A stretch of DNA of 64,000 bases from NCBI GenBank assembly GCA_003971905.1, contig RSEE01000052.1, positions 124,001-188,000 of the forward strand, read 5' to 3'. The position numbers were made by a program, and so were the translations under genes. The notes under the pieces were generated by a model. The model was not told the origin of the DNA and made no database searches. It was given only the letters and a program-made list of their open reading frames with translations. Within the stretch, counting starts at the first letter, position 1. Every line of letters starts with the position of its first letter. The DNA comes from Moniliella sp. 'wahieum'. Its lineage: Eukaryota. This document shows, piece by piece, positions 23,065 through 34,229 of this stretch.

Positions 23065-25391
23065 ATGGACATCGACAAGCTCTTTAAGGCAAGTTCCGTC
23101 CTTCCATCCTCCCCTCCCGCCCTTCACGTCGTACGCCTTTCTCTGACTATTTCCCGCACAGCGACCCAACCTGCCTGCATCTGCGCTCAAGACCAAACAC
23201 GGCAAGTTGGCCCCAATACCCACCTCCATCGTCTCACAACCGAACGATGCGCCAGAGGTCTTCCACTGCACCTCCACCCGCAGAGGCTACGGTGGTCGAC
23301 ATTCCGTACCAGACAGATGCGGATGACTCGATGGAGGAAGGTGTCTTCATTAACCCCGAGGAGAGGAGGAAGATGCACGCCTGTTTGGTGGCGGTCTGTC
23401 CAGCCAACAGGAACAAATTGCGCAAATCCTGGACCAAGACCAATCGGACTTGGCCACGTCGCGCTCCCAAGTGGCTATGTTGCGCAAACAACTCGTCCGA
23501 TTTGGGCGCACCATCACAAAGAACCAGCAGCTGCGGATGAAGTTTCTGACGATCCACACAAGTGCGTATGGCTGTCTTGTGACCGGTGACCTTCGACATG
23601 CGAGCTGACCCCGTTGACCTTCCTCTGTCAGATTCATCGAGTCGGAGGCCGACCTGGACGGCGAAATTTCAGCGTTGGTTGTGCTTACTGCTGCACCAGA
23701 CGTCCTTTACAACGAAGCACTAGCCCATAAGTTGCCGGCGACCTTGTGTGGGCTCATGTCACATGAGAACGAGGACATTGTGACTAGCGTGGTCAAGGTG
23801 ATTGAGGAGGAGTGACTGATGAGGATGTACTGGATGGAGTAGACGATGAGAGTGGGCCTGATGGGAGCAGTGCTCGTCAAGTTGCCGAGTCAAGTATTGC
23901 CGCCTTTGTGAAGGAATTGGTGTGTTCTGCTCCGCTATGCCTGCACGCCCAGACTAACCATCTCCCTGCCTCCAGCGCGCCAACCAGCTCGTCGAGCTTC
24001 TGGTGTCGAACCTGGACCGCTTCCGCAAAAACATTGACAAGGAGTCAGAACCTGCATCTGAGGAAGAAGAGGCCCAACGGGCTGCCGCCCGTGAGGCGGA
24101 CGAGCAGGGGGTCTATCATATCTTTGCTCTTCTGGAAAACCTGATCAGTCTCGACCAGCGGAGGTCGGTCCTGCCCTGGTGCGCAATCCTACGTTCTGGC
24201 AGCACATTACTGGTTTGCTCAAGAAGGTCGCGACCACTATGTGGCGGCGAAGATCAAGAACAATGGGACAGAAGCGTATTCTCAGAATGAGGCGTATGCA
24301 GCGGAGCTCCTGGCCATTTCCTACAAGCCGTCTCCTCCGTTGCTTCTTCCCCACCAACTGGATCTGAGGCGGACGGGGCCACTGAGTCGCTGTCGGCTTT
24401 GGCAGGGGTGGTACGCAGTTGGGCGGGACAAATGCGGTGTTGGAGTCAATCTCAGTCTTCCTACGTGCTGCGCCTCAAAACGACGAGGCAGAGGTGGCGC
24501 AGAACTTGTTTGATGCCCTCTGTGCCCTCATGTCAGACGACCGCAACCGTCTCGAATTGGTCCAGCAAGAAGGGGCAGAGACTTGTGGCGATGCTTCTTC
24601 TGACCCAAAGTACGGTACCAAGAAAGAAAAAACACGGATTAACGCTCTTTGAAGAAGGCTGCACTGCGGTTGTTATCGTACGCCCTAGGTGGGCAAGGCA
24701 AGGGGACTCAAGCTGTAGCAGAAGCCTTTGTCTCCGCCGGGGGGTGAAGCCTCTGTTTGCCATTCTAGCAGTGGTCAAGGTACGTCTTGTGTCCCGACTG
24801 CATCAGGAAAGCTAATGCAATGCGTACGTGCGTGTCTGTGCAGTCCAAGCATGCCACCAGCATGGGGGCTTCCGATGAGGAGCATCTCCTCTCGGTCCTC
24901 GTGGCCCTACTAAATTGGCTTCCTCAAGAGAGTGTCGCGCGTATTCGGTTGCTAGCCAAATTTACCGAGACTGAGTATGCCAACTTGGACCGATTGGTCG
25001 CCGTGCGCACGCACGCGGCTGTTCGCTTGGCCGGAGCAGACCGGGAGTTCCACCGTCCCAGCTTATCAGAGAGCTTGCTTGTGCCCGCGGAACGCAGTGA
25101 AGAGCAGGAGAGGACCATCTCTTGCGTTTGGAGCAAGGGTTGTTTGCGCTCGAGACGGCGGACTATGTGTGGTTGGCTGTGCGTCGAGGACGATGGCATG
25201 CGGTCTCAGCTTGCTCAGCTACTGCGTCGTCACTCGGTTTCGCTGGCAAAAGAGGTGGTGACCAGCCTGCAGGCCTACTATTACGATTGGGTGCCACCCC
25301 CGTCCCCGTTCCGGGTGCAGTGCCTGCCGATGCGGAGGCACCGAACCAAAAGTTGGTTGTGGTGGACTTGGTCAACTCCTTGTTAGAGTAG
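23065..25391 (+). CDS. CTNNBL1: Beta-catenin-like protein 1 (spliceosome Prp19-complex associated)
   Basis: MDIDKLFK start, FIESEADLD, LMSHENEDI, GVYHIFALLENL, YAAELLAI, NLFDALC, RIRLLAKFTE. Several introns and frameshifts. Confidence 0.85.
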
Positions 25392-25789
25392 CAATCATCT
25401 CGAAACCATCCCATGCCTGTTGTTTCATCAACTGGTTGTAATGCCAGGCTAAGTAACTCTCTATGCCGGCCGCCATGGAAGTTAGTAGCTAGTATACAAG
25501 GGTTTCCCTCGGATAGTAGAGCAGCTAGTAGAGCAGCTTTGAGTTATATGCATTCACATAACTGCTTTGTTGGTCGATATAGACTGTGCGAAGACGCAGT
25601 AGAGGCAGAAGCTGGACAGGCGAGAGCGCAAAGCGCTCTTGGAAACAGGAATACATCAGGCCGGGGTCAGGGGGTAGGGGGGAGGGGGTAGGAGGTAGAA
25701 GGTAGAAGAGAAGAGGTAAGAGGTACTAGGAGGTAAAAGGGAGAGGGGGTAGGCAGAGTTGTCCAAGGGATCCGAATGCATGGTTCTTT

Positions 25790-27328
25790 TTCAAAGCCCG
25801 ATAAGGGCCATACCAGGGAAGCGCATGGGGCCGCTATCCCAGCAGGTTGACCAAGGTCAGAGGTGGTCTTTGCCATCCTCTTCTCCTTCGTCCCCAACGC
25901 GACAGGTGAAACGATGGTGCGGTCCGAGTCGCTCGAGTGGGTGCTAGTGTGCGACTCGTGACTACGACGCGCACCGTCGCGAACGTCGCTTGGCTCATCA
26001 GGGCCTAAAACACGAATACCGCCCGTCGATAGTGCCAGCACCGTACGAGGCGGCGGGGTAAGTGTTGTACTCATGTGGAATGTCCAGCTTGACACCATGT
26101 TGCGCTGACGCCCGGGAATGCTGGTCATACGTCCCCCCGGGCACTTCCTCGTCTGCCGACATAGCTTCCGGGTCATTTTCGTCAAACTCCACCGCCTCCC
26201 CTTCTGGCCCGCCAAGGAATTGCGAATCTGAGTGATTGGGTTGATGCAAGCCCGGATGCTGGGGAGCGACGGCGTTGGAATCGGAAAGATGAGGCCGGTG
26301 CCCTGCTCGGATACAAGTATTCAGGCTTAGCATCGTTCCCCAGATCCATTGACTGGGCATGGCGAGTGAACACCGTGTGAGGTGTCGTCTTGGAGGGACG
26401 GGGACGGGGGCGATGATGGTGGGCCATGTTGACGTAAAACACTTTGAAGCCCTCGTTGGGAGAGGTGTACTGAGCTTCCTCCCCAGCCGCCGCCTCGGCC
26501 ATCAAGTCAATGTCCACCATCGAGCTGTCACCCGCGGCACCCCACGGACTTTCTCCATCTTCCTCATCATCGGCCAGATCAAAGTCCTTCTCGTCTGCCA
26601 CTTGCGACAAGTACGGTCCGGGGGTGTAGGCAGGAAGGTAGTCCTCTTCTGTGTCTTGTGGTTGATGTAAGGGGGCAGCGATCCCTGCTCGGGGTCATGG
26701 GGTGGGTTCCATGGAGCAGAGCTGGGAGAGAGCGTGCGACGATAAGCCAAAGCAGAGAAAGAAGCACCAAAGGTTCCACTACTCGGGTGGTAATCCAGAG
26801 CGCTAGAACAAGGGCTTCAATGGTAGAGTACGCATGGCCGCAGCGTTGAGCCGCCAAACGGAGCGCCCCAGCTTCAAAGGCTGGGAGGGTCTGGCCTCCC
26901 GCTTCATAGGAAAGCCAGAAAGAGTAGCGATGCACGATTGCACCGCCTTGGCGCGGTTGGGCTTGGAAACCAGCATCCCTATTGCCACGGCTCCCAAAAT
27001 GGTAGAGAGCAAATACTCGAAGGCGAGTGCGGCGGCATAGATCGAGACCAGGCGGCGACGGCGCAGAGCAATGGCAATCAAGCCCCCGGCTGAGGCGAGG
27101 AATAGACAGAAATAGGTCATCCCGTAAACAGTCGTTCGGTACCATGGCCTGGGGCGCGGACGTGAACGCAAGGGATGTGCTTCCATTGCGGGAGCGGCCT
27201 GGGCGGTGAGTGGCCAAGGCAAGAACAGCACTCCCGCCAGCGCCGGCAAGGGCGCTCAACAGGAGCAGGAACCCAGCCGCGAAAAGGGCAACCGGGCGGT
27301 GAACGGGGGCGTTGAAGTAGGCAGGCAT
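25790..27328 (-). CDS. Hypothetical multi-pass membrane protein with acidic low-complexity tail
   Basis: MPAYFNAPVHRPVALFAAGFLLLLSALAG; about 4 hydrophobic segments across frames (YFCLFLASAGGLIAIAL, LLSTILGAVAIGMLV, LVLLSLLWLIVA). 3' end uncertain. Confidence 0.55.
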
Positions 27329-28366
27329 TGCGGATGGGGGGAACGCAATTGTGGGGGGGGGGGGTCGGGCAGAGCCGGCTGCAGCGAGTGGGAGGGAGGG
27401 CGAGGTGTGGCAGTCCTGCTGCGAAATGGAGAAAGTGCGTCCAGCGCGGGCAACCCTCCAGGGGTGCGTAGAGGAGAAGTAGAGGTAGAGGTGGGGGTGG
27501 GGCGAGGCCTGATGGACAAAGCAACCAAGCAAAGAGGCGCCTCGGAACACAGCCCCTTTTATAGATCCAGGCTGGGGTGGGAACCAGCCGGGCCAAGCCC
27601 TGCGCTGGGACTGTGTTGTAGATGTTGAGTCGGGGCGTCCTCTGCCAGGTGAGGTGCGGAGCCATGGGGGCAGTCTACCGCCCTGGCATGTAGGGTTGGA
27701 CGGGGATAATTTGGTGCCTGCCCCCGTGCCGCATCAATTGGCAAAACTTCTACTCTACAATACTAGAGACCATTAATGAACTTTGTTGAACGTTCAGTGT
27801 TCAGTTGAATGTTGAACGTGAGAACGTTGAACTTCGTCGTGGGAACACACACCCTCGGTAGACAGCATACTCGCGCTACTCTTCGGCCACCCGCTGCCAC
27901 CCATTGCCACTCCTCCTTGGGGCCCCCTTGCATGTTACACGCGCTCGCTTGCGTTCACGCCTTCACAGAGTTTTTTAACGTGTTCACCGCGCGTTCATCC
28001 ATATCCACACTCGCGCTATATATATCTGACTTTGGGGGACAAGCTGCGGGAGCCACTCTGAAAGAGCCCTGACCGGTTGACGACACCTTTGGCCTTCTAT
28101 TTTGCTGCGGCTGCGACAACGTCGCATATGGCTGACTCTGACATTGTGTGTGAAATGTTTCGCTGCCCGGCCTTTAGTACTTAGTGCTTGAAAGAGGGAC
28201 GTACTCATGCCGACACGAAGAAATAAGCCGCGTATGCATAGGGCCAGCCCCGAGGTGGGACCCGCCCCTAGTTTAGGAGTACAAGTTCTGGACGGCCAAT
28301 CGGAGCCACGTATGGTATGTCCGGTATCAGATCCTGGTCGAACTGAGCGGTTGTTTTTCTAGCAGT

Positions 28367-28458
28367 GGTGGCGCTACCAAGTAACATAAGCAAGATGAGC
28401 GAGTCGGTTTAGGCGTAGCGTTCCTTGTCGCAGCCTAAAGCTCTGTCAATGATATGGA
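28367..28458 (+). mobile_element. Short 3'-terminal fragment of the CRE-type retrotransposon (diverged subfamily)
   Basis: ggcgctaccaagtaac...aagctctgtcaatgatatg motif, flanked by direct repeat agcagt (28361-28366, 28459-28464). Confidence 0.7.
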
Positions 28459-28505
28459 AGCAGTATAGAGGCGATAGAGAGACCTCTATAATAGAGGTTG
28501 GGTGT

Positions 28506-29544
28506 TGTTACGGGGGTATCTCCGGACGCTGAGCCCCGCATGCCGTAGACACCTCAGGCCAACACGTGTCAGTCCCGTTAGTCTAGCGAGAGAGAGCAGT
28601 CGACACCTTCCATCATCCGCTGCGCCCCATGGTCGCATGGGCTCATCGGCACGATGCTTTATGTCCATTGCGTCCAGTCTTGGCAGAACCATTCCTGCTG
28701 TGCCCGACTACTCAGCGTCAGCGCCTTGGAGAGCACGGGCTGTGCATTAGTCTTTACCTCTCTGGAAAGTGCCCCGCAAGTTCTGTCTACTATACCTGTC
28801 ATGAGGCACTTGAGCCTGGTTCCTTCTGCTGCATATAAGCAGCCAACATGTCTAAGGCTTGCTACTAACTGTGGCCTTTGTCGACCATCCTGTCTTTGGT
28901 CTCCCCGACTCCGTTCCTCTCTTGCTCTTCCACCTTCTACCGCCCCTACACTTACGCATTTACGACTTACGTCGAGTACGCTGCAAGCTGCGGTTACTCT
29001 CATCAGTAGCGCTTGATGAGACCTCTGGAGTCCTGATGGTCCTCGAGGGGTGATGCAATCGCATTAGTGGTGGTGGTGGTCTAAGCCAACCAGAAACGCC
29101 TGCAGAGGAACAACAAGCAGCGAGTTGCCACAGGGGCTAAGCTGCGGAACAGGGAAAAACAAGAGAGAGAAAACAACGGAACTCCCAGGCCTGAGGAGGA
29201 ACTGAAGGGACATTGGCCAAAGCACGAGCCACCCGATGGCTCAACAGCGCTTGCTCTTCTTTAGGACTCTGTCTGTTCCCGCATACTACAAGATACCAAG
29301 TGTGGTAACGCTGCGAGGAACAAAGTAACTTCGGAGCTCCTGGATCTCTTGAGCTGGTCTAACGACCTACGTAGACGGCTCCTGCACTAGAGGTCTTCTC
29401 GCCTCTACACCCGCTCGGTTCAACCAGGATCTGGAGCAGGACTAACGTACGAGACACCGATTGGCCTAACTGTCAAGGGTTTATAACGTTTATACCCCAA
29501 ACTATACAGGTGGGTCTCAACCTCGGGACCCCCCCCCCATGACA
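28506..29544. mobile_element. Solo LTR, family A, with nested family-B LTR
   Basis: TGTTACGGGG...CCCCATGACA termini, perfect 5-bp TSD ggtgt/ggtgt. Homologous to 7102-7953. Confidence 0.9.
29014..29246. mobile_element. Solo LTR, family B, nested in the family A LTR
   Basis: TGATGAG...CTCAACA termini, perfect TSD gcgct (29009-29013, 29247-29251). Absent from the 7102 copy of family A. Confidence 0.88.
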
Positions 29545-29753
29545 GGTGTGGCTGCCTGCCCAGTGGCTCACACCTCTGAGGACGGAGCAACTTATGCGCA
29601 GGTAGCGTCAAGAGTTGAAGAGTCTGCGTGCTCTGGGGGGTAACGTGTCTTAACCATACACTCTTCATCGCCGTGGCAAATCAGACGGAGTCCTAATTGA
29701 AGAGCAACAGCGCTAGTATATAATACTTGGAGTAACCGCGGCTTTTGGGGCGA

Positions 29754-30092
29754 TCTCCAAGTAATAAAATCGGTTGGTTGGCCTGCATTTTTACATCAGC
29801 TGCCCGTGACACGTTCCCAGCCACCGCAGCCAGAGTATCGGTGATATTATTTGCCCTCTCCAGCGTGGAAGGGTTCCAGCGTGGAACGGTAGCGACGCGG
29901 TGGAACGGTGGCTAAGGTCGCGAAGGGACCGGTGGCTAAGGTGGCGATGGTGGGCCGGGGAACGGTGGCTAAGGTGGCGACGGGGGAACGGTGGCTAAGG
30001 TGGCGAAGGGGAAACGGTGGCTAAGTGGCGACGACGCAGCACCATGCTGGGGCGAAGCCCCAGCCGACCGGGCGTAGGCCCGTGGCCTCTCG
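29754..30092 (+). mobile_element. Non-autonomous Helitron with internal minisatellite
   Basis: A|TC start, subterminal hairpin cgggc-gtag-gcccg, CTCG|T end (CTAG variant), tandem ~24-bp units ggaacggtggctaaggtggcga. Homologous to 33943-34159. Confidence 0.7.
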
Positions 30093-31955
30093 TACCCGAT
30101 ATGAAGAGTCTTCGCGGTTTTGTATTAAGCTTCGTATATGGGAGAAGGGAAAGGGCGGCCCATATGCTAACCACAGAGTTGGAGAGAGGTGGTTGGTATA
30201 AGGAACGGGTAAGGAACAGGAGGGTCAATAAGGACCACACAGCTAACAAGCCTTATAGACAAGACTGCCTTACTATATATGTACGTCAGAGATCAGGCCC
30301 CTCATATGGGGCTGTGTAGTTTTAATAATTCACAAACGATCGGAAAGAACCAAAAACCAAAACCGGGACGAGAACGCCTCCTATGATGGGATCGCAGGGG
30401 GCGATTCCCTTCACCATTGACCATACTCCACACTACTTGCCTCGAGTAAGCTCAACTCCGAGAGCAGGTGCCATCATCCGCTTTCTTGCTGCGACGTACA
30501 CGGCATCCATTAGTGCCAAATGTTGGTGATTGTGCTGGGAATGGCTACTAGTATATATAAACTTCGTCACAGTTATATAGTACCGCCGTGTTTTCCTCTT
30601 CCCCCTTCTATGATTGGCATCTGTACCCTAGCTTCCCTTTCATTTCATTCCATACCAAGGTGATGGAGGCAAGCTCGGTCGTGAGAGCCACTCCCGCCAT
30701 GCTGACCGGGTATATGTCAAACGACGCGGCAAGCAAGGCTGGGGCTCTTGGGACTGTATTCCGGGACTGTGGCTTGGCCCACTATCGAGGAAGAAACCTC
30801 AAGTGTACCAATCAGTTTTACCCTGCTACTAAGCTCGCCACTGACTTCAATTTGGTTCCCTCTTGTTAGAGGGTACTGCTAGGGTTCTCCTGTGCGGCCC
30901 TCAATGGATCGGTGACGTTCGCCTAGCCGAGAGCGGAAGGGTTCCGCTCGCAGGCCCCGCCGCCCTGCTCGCTCCATCTCCCTTCTCTCTCCTTTCTCCT
31001 TCCCTTCAGACGTTGCTTGAGACTTGTGGCTCACCACTTTGCCTTCACGCCTTGTCTGAAGGCTGCTTTGCAGCTGATCCATAGGATCGCGAGTGCTCCC
31101 AAGTCGCACTCTAATAGCACCTCTGACGTGCCTCTCCCAAAATGATCGAGGAGTCGATCAGGGCCCGGACACAAAAGGGCAAAAACTTTGTCCGGGTTAA
31201 TATCGGGTCCTGGCGATATACCCAAACCCCGATGGTACTCCCTTGCCTAACCCTCCCAATGCACTGTCTATCACCCCGGCTTTCATATCTGTACTTCGGG
31301 TAGGCTGATAGTGCCATGTGGCATAGCCCCAACTCAGAATTTGTTGACACTTCCTCGTGATATCTCTATCTCATCCTATGCGGGAGGACAACCCCCGCCC
31401 CCCCAAACTTATAATTGCGTTCACATTTTCCCTTCAACGTGAATATCATTCAAGGTTTTCAGCTATAACATACAATATGGCCTCGACTGTCGGAACAAGC
31501 TGAATGCTACAAGAACGCAATTGCAAATACCACGGACGCACCCAATAGCCCTTCTTCTATGAAAGCGACTCGGGATGTTGGTTCATTCCAAGAGAGGGGC
31601 CCGCCAAGGGCAGAACATAAAAGTAAGAGTCGGATTACGCAGTGTGGAAGGGATGTGATCTGTCAGATCTATTAACGCACTGGTCTGTTACCTCTTCCAG
31701 GTTACTATGGCGACACGAGGATACTATATGCGGCCAGCATGGCGAACAAGATGTGTTTGAGCGCTGGAAAGAATCAACTGCCAACAATGAGTCCCATTGG
31801 ATATGTGGGTGAAGTTTACCGCTCTCAATGTCTGCCATGCTATCATTCTTATCCTCACCTTTTATGCGCTAAGGCGCTCTCTCTCCCTAGTACCGTCAAC
31901 TGTATAAGGCGCTATCCTTCTCATAGCCTTTTATACCTCTTATCAGAACCACATA

Positions 31956-32188
31956 TGTTGTCTGTGATCCTCCGGCTCCCAGTCGGTAGGCCGGGCTCGC
32001 CTCGGTTCCATCGGCTTCCACGCTGCGGGTATCGTCCCAATGCGGCACTTTCCTCTTCCCTGCATTCTCCCTGGTGCCTCACCAGCCTTGTGCCTAGTCT
32101 GACCTCCTATAGATGCATCTGCACCCTAACTCTCAAATCTGGCTCCAATCCCCTCATCCTTCTGTCCATACGATTCCCTAGGCCGACA
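31956..32188. mobile_element. Solo LTR, family C
   Basis: TGTTG...CCGACA termini, near-TSD acata/tcata. Homologous to 41598-41884. Abuts a family D relic. Confidence 0.72.
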
Positions 32189-33559
32189 TCATATTCTATT
32201 CCCCTACCTCATTTGGCAACACGCGCTATATCTAGCTTGGAAGCAATGGCGAGCACCAGAGTGCGTGATCTGCGGCCAGGACTCCCTGATTTCCTGTTTG
32301 GTGCCAACAAAAACAGCACAGGTCGGATGAGCAGCAGGTCGACGGTTGTGCAGCATTTCTTTGTCTTTACTGCGGCCTTAATAAGCTCCATAAATATGGT
32401 GATACGACTACAGTATAATGCATCCTGCGCGGTAGACTACTTTTGGTTTTTTGTCTCTGATGGTTTTTGAGAGAATGTGGTCTCTATACTATGCTATAAT
32501 AGCTTGCAGTTGGTGTCTATGTTACTGACAGTACTACTGTTACGCCGACTACCCTGTATCATGTGCACAGGTGAAGACGGGCTGGTAAGGCCAGCGGAAC
32601 TATGTGCGCACTTCGCCTTTTCCGAATCCCGTCCCCAAGTTGCTTATGGGGTCAGATTCGATCTGATCCGACCTCAGCTGAGGCCTGTCCGCTACCCAAC
32701 AATAGAGCACGCTCCCAGATTATTCAACTCAACCCTATCTTGGCTGGCAAGCCCGCCAGCAAATTACCATAGTCTACGTATCCTCTCGACAATAGTCGCC
32801 TCTTCGCGGTGGCCACCACAATTGTCAGTATTTCCTTTGCGACGATAATCGTACCGTTCTGTTTACTATACCTTTATAGGATTCCCATGCCACAACCGCG
32901 CTCCCTGTTTTCTCTGTCCTCCTCTATGCTGTTTTCTCTTTAGTCCTTGTCTGTTAGCAAAGGTTCGCCTGTTTCCCCCCCACGATCCATTCGCGTCTCC
33001 TTCTATCTCCTCGCCAATTGATCAACCCAGTACAGACAATTCTTCCTCTTCTTAGTTGCTTCTCCGCTTCCCATCCTCGTCCTCCAGCTCCCGTCTTCAG
33101 CACTCCCGTCCCTGAGGCAACCCACAGTTCGCGTGTGCCTTCCAGGTGCCACTCGAAGCCCAGCTCAGTTCAGCCGCGAGCGATCCCGTTTCCAGTCACG
33201 CCTCCCCAGTCCCAGTCCTGAGGCTTGATACAGCTCCAACAGGGTTTGTCCTCCACTTCCCATTCCCGTCCCTGAGCTCGAAGGCTTCAGGCACGCTACT
33301 GCCGCCCAAGCCGTTGCTACGCAGCCTTGTCAACTTGCGGCCGCCTCTGCAATACGCCGATAGAGAGGCCTCTCCTTTTTGTCCCTAGCCCCTCTCGGAC
33401 CCATCAATCAGCCCAAACGCGTAACTACCGGGAGTCAACCATAGGACCTCCAAGATATTGTACCTCTTAACCTCCGTGACACACAACACAGTGTGGAAAC
33501 CCCGATTCAAATACGTGCAGCCTCTCCGCGAAGACATCATCACCACATTGAGTTGTTGA

Positions 33560-33712
33560 CTCCACCCACTATCTATTCTGTAACCATATCATTGACAGAG
33601 CTTAAGGCTGGGACAAAGAAACGCTGAGCCTAAACCGACCCGTTCATCGATCATCCGGCGTCTGTTGCTTGTTAGCGCCAACCCCGTTTAAGGAGCCAGG
33701 GTAATCGCCAGG
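33560..33712 (-). mobile_element. Inverted 3'-terminal fragment of CRE-type retrotransposon
   Basis: atcattgacagagcttaaggctgggaca...atcgccagga is the reverse complement of the conserved 3' motif. Confidence 0.75.
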
Positions 33713-33721
33713 AGATTATAT

Positions 33722-33942
33722 CTCGCTCGGATGTCTACCACGTTCATCCGTGTCCACACGCGTTTCCCAGGGTACGGGACCGGATGGCGACCACGGAGGG
33801 TCCTGGTATCCTGGCGATCCCCCTGGTTCCTTAATCGTGGTGGCGCTTCCAAGTAACCCCCGCAAGATGAACGGTTCGTTTATAGACGTAGCGTTCCCCC
33901 TGTCCAGCTCTAAGCTCTGTCAATGAAATGGATGCAAAGAGA
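33722..33942 (+). mobile_element. 3' UTR fragment of CRE-type retrotransposon
   Basis: Aligns closely with 43415-43640. Confidence 0.85.
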
Positions 33943-34159
33943 TCCCCTTATTACTTTACGTCATGCTTACCTATTGTTTGCGCCAGGCGGAATTCCCAGC
34001 CCACCCGCCGCGCGTTCAGTCATGCGTGTGAGTGATGAAATTCGGCCTCTCCAGCGTGGAACGGTGACCAAGGTGGCGACGGTGGAACGATGGAACGGTG
34101 GTTGCCGTGGCGACGGTGGCCCAGCACCCAACCGGGCCGTAGGCCCGCTGGTCCCCTAG
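33943..34159 (+). mobile_element. Non-autonomous Helitron
   Basis: A|TC start, hairpin cgggcc-gta-ggcccg at 34133-34147, then CTAG|T at 34156-34160, the canonical Helitron 3' end. Confidence 0.78.
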
Positions 34160-34229
34160 TACCAGATGAGCACCATACAAAACAACAACTTTTTTTTGAG
34201 AAGTGTGGAATGAATAATGAGGGAAGGCT

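Larger units (their letters stand above)
28236..30310 (-). mobile_element. Old diverged family-A-related LTR in opposite orientation, split by later insertions
   Basis: Blocks matching the reverse complement of 7102-7953 in collinear order: cccgaggtggga (28249), gtatagagg (28463), ggctgcctgc (29550), gagtcctaa..gaagagcaa (29688), gagtaaccgcggctt (29730), aaggaccacacagcta.caagcctt (30230). Confidence 0.7.

Noticed and set aside
29860..30035. CRISPR-like or telomere-like tandem array
   Set aside because: No unique spacers, eukaryotic context, and it lies inside a Helitron-like element, so it is a minisatellite.
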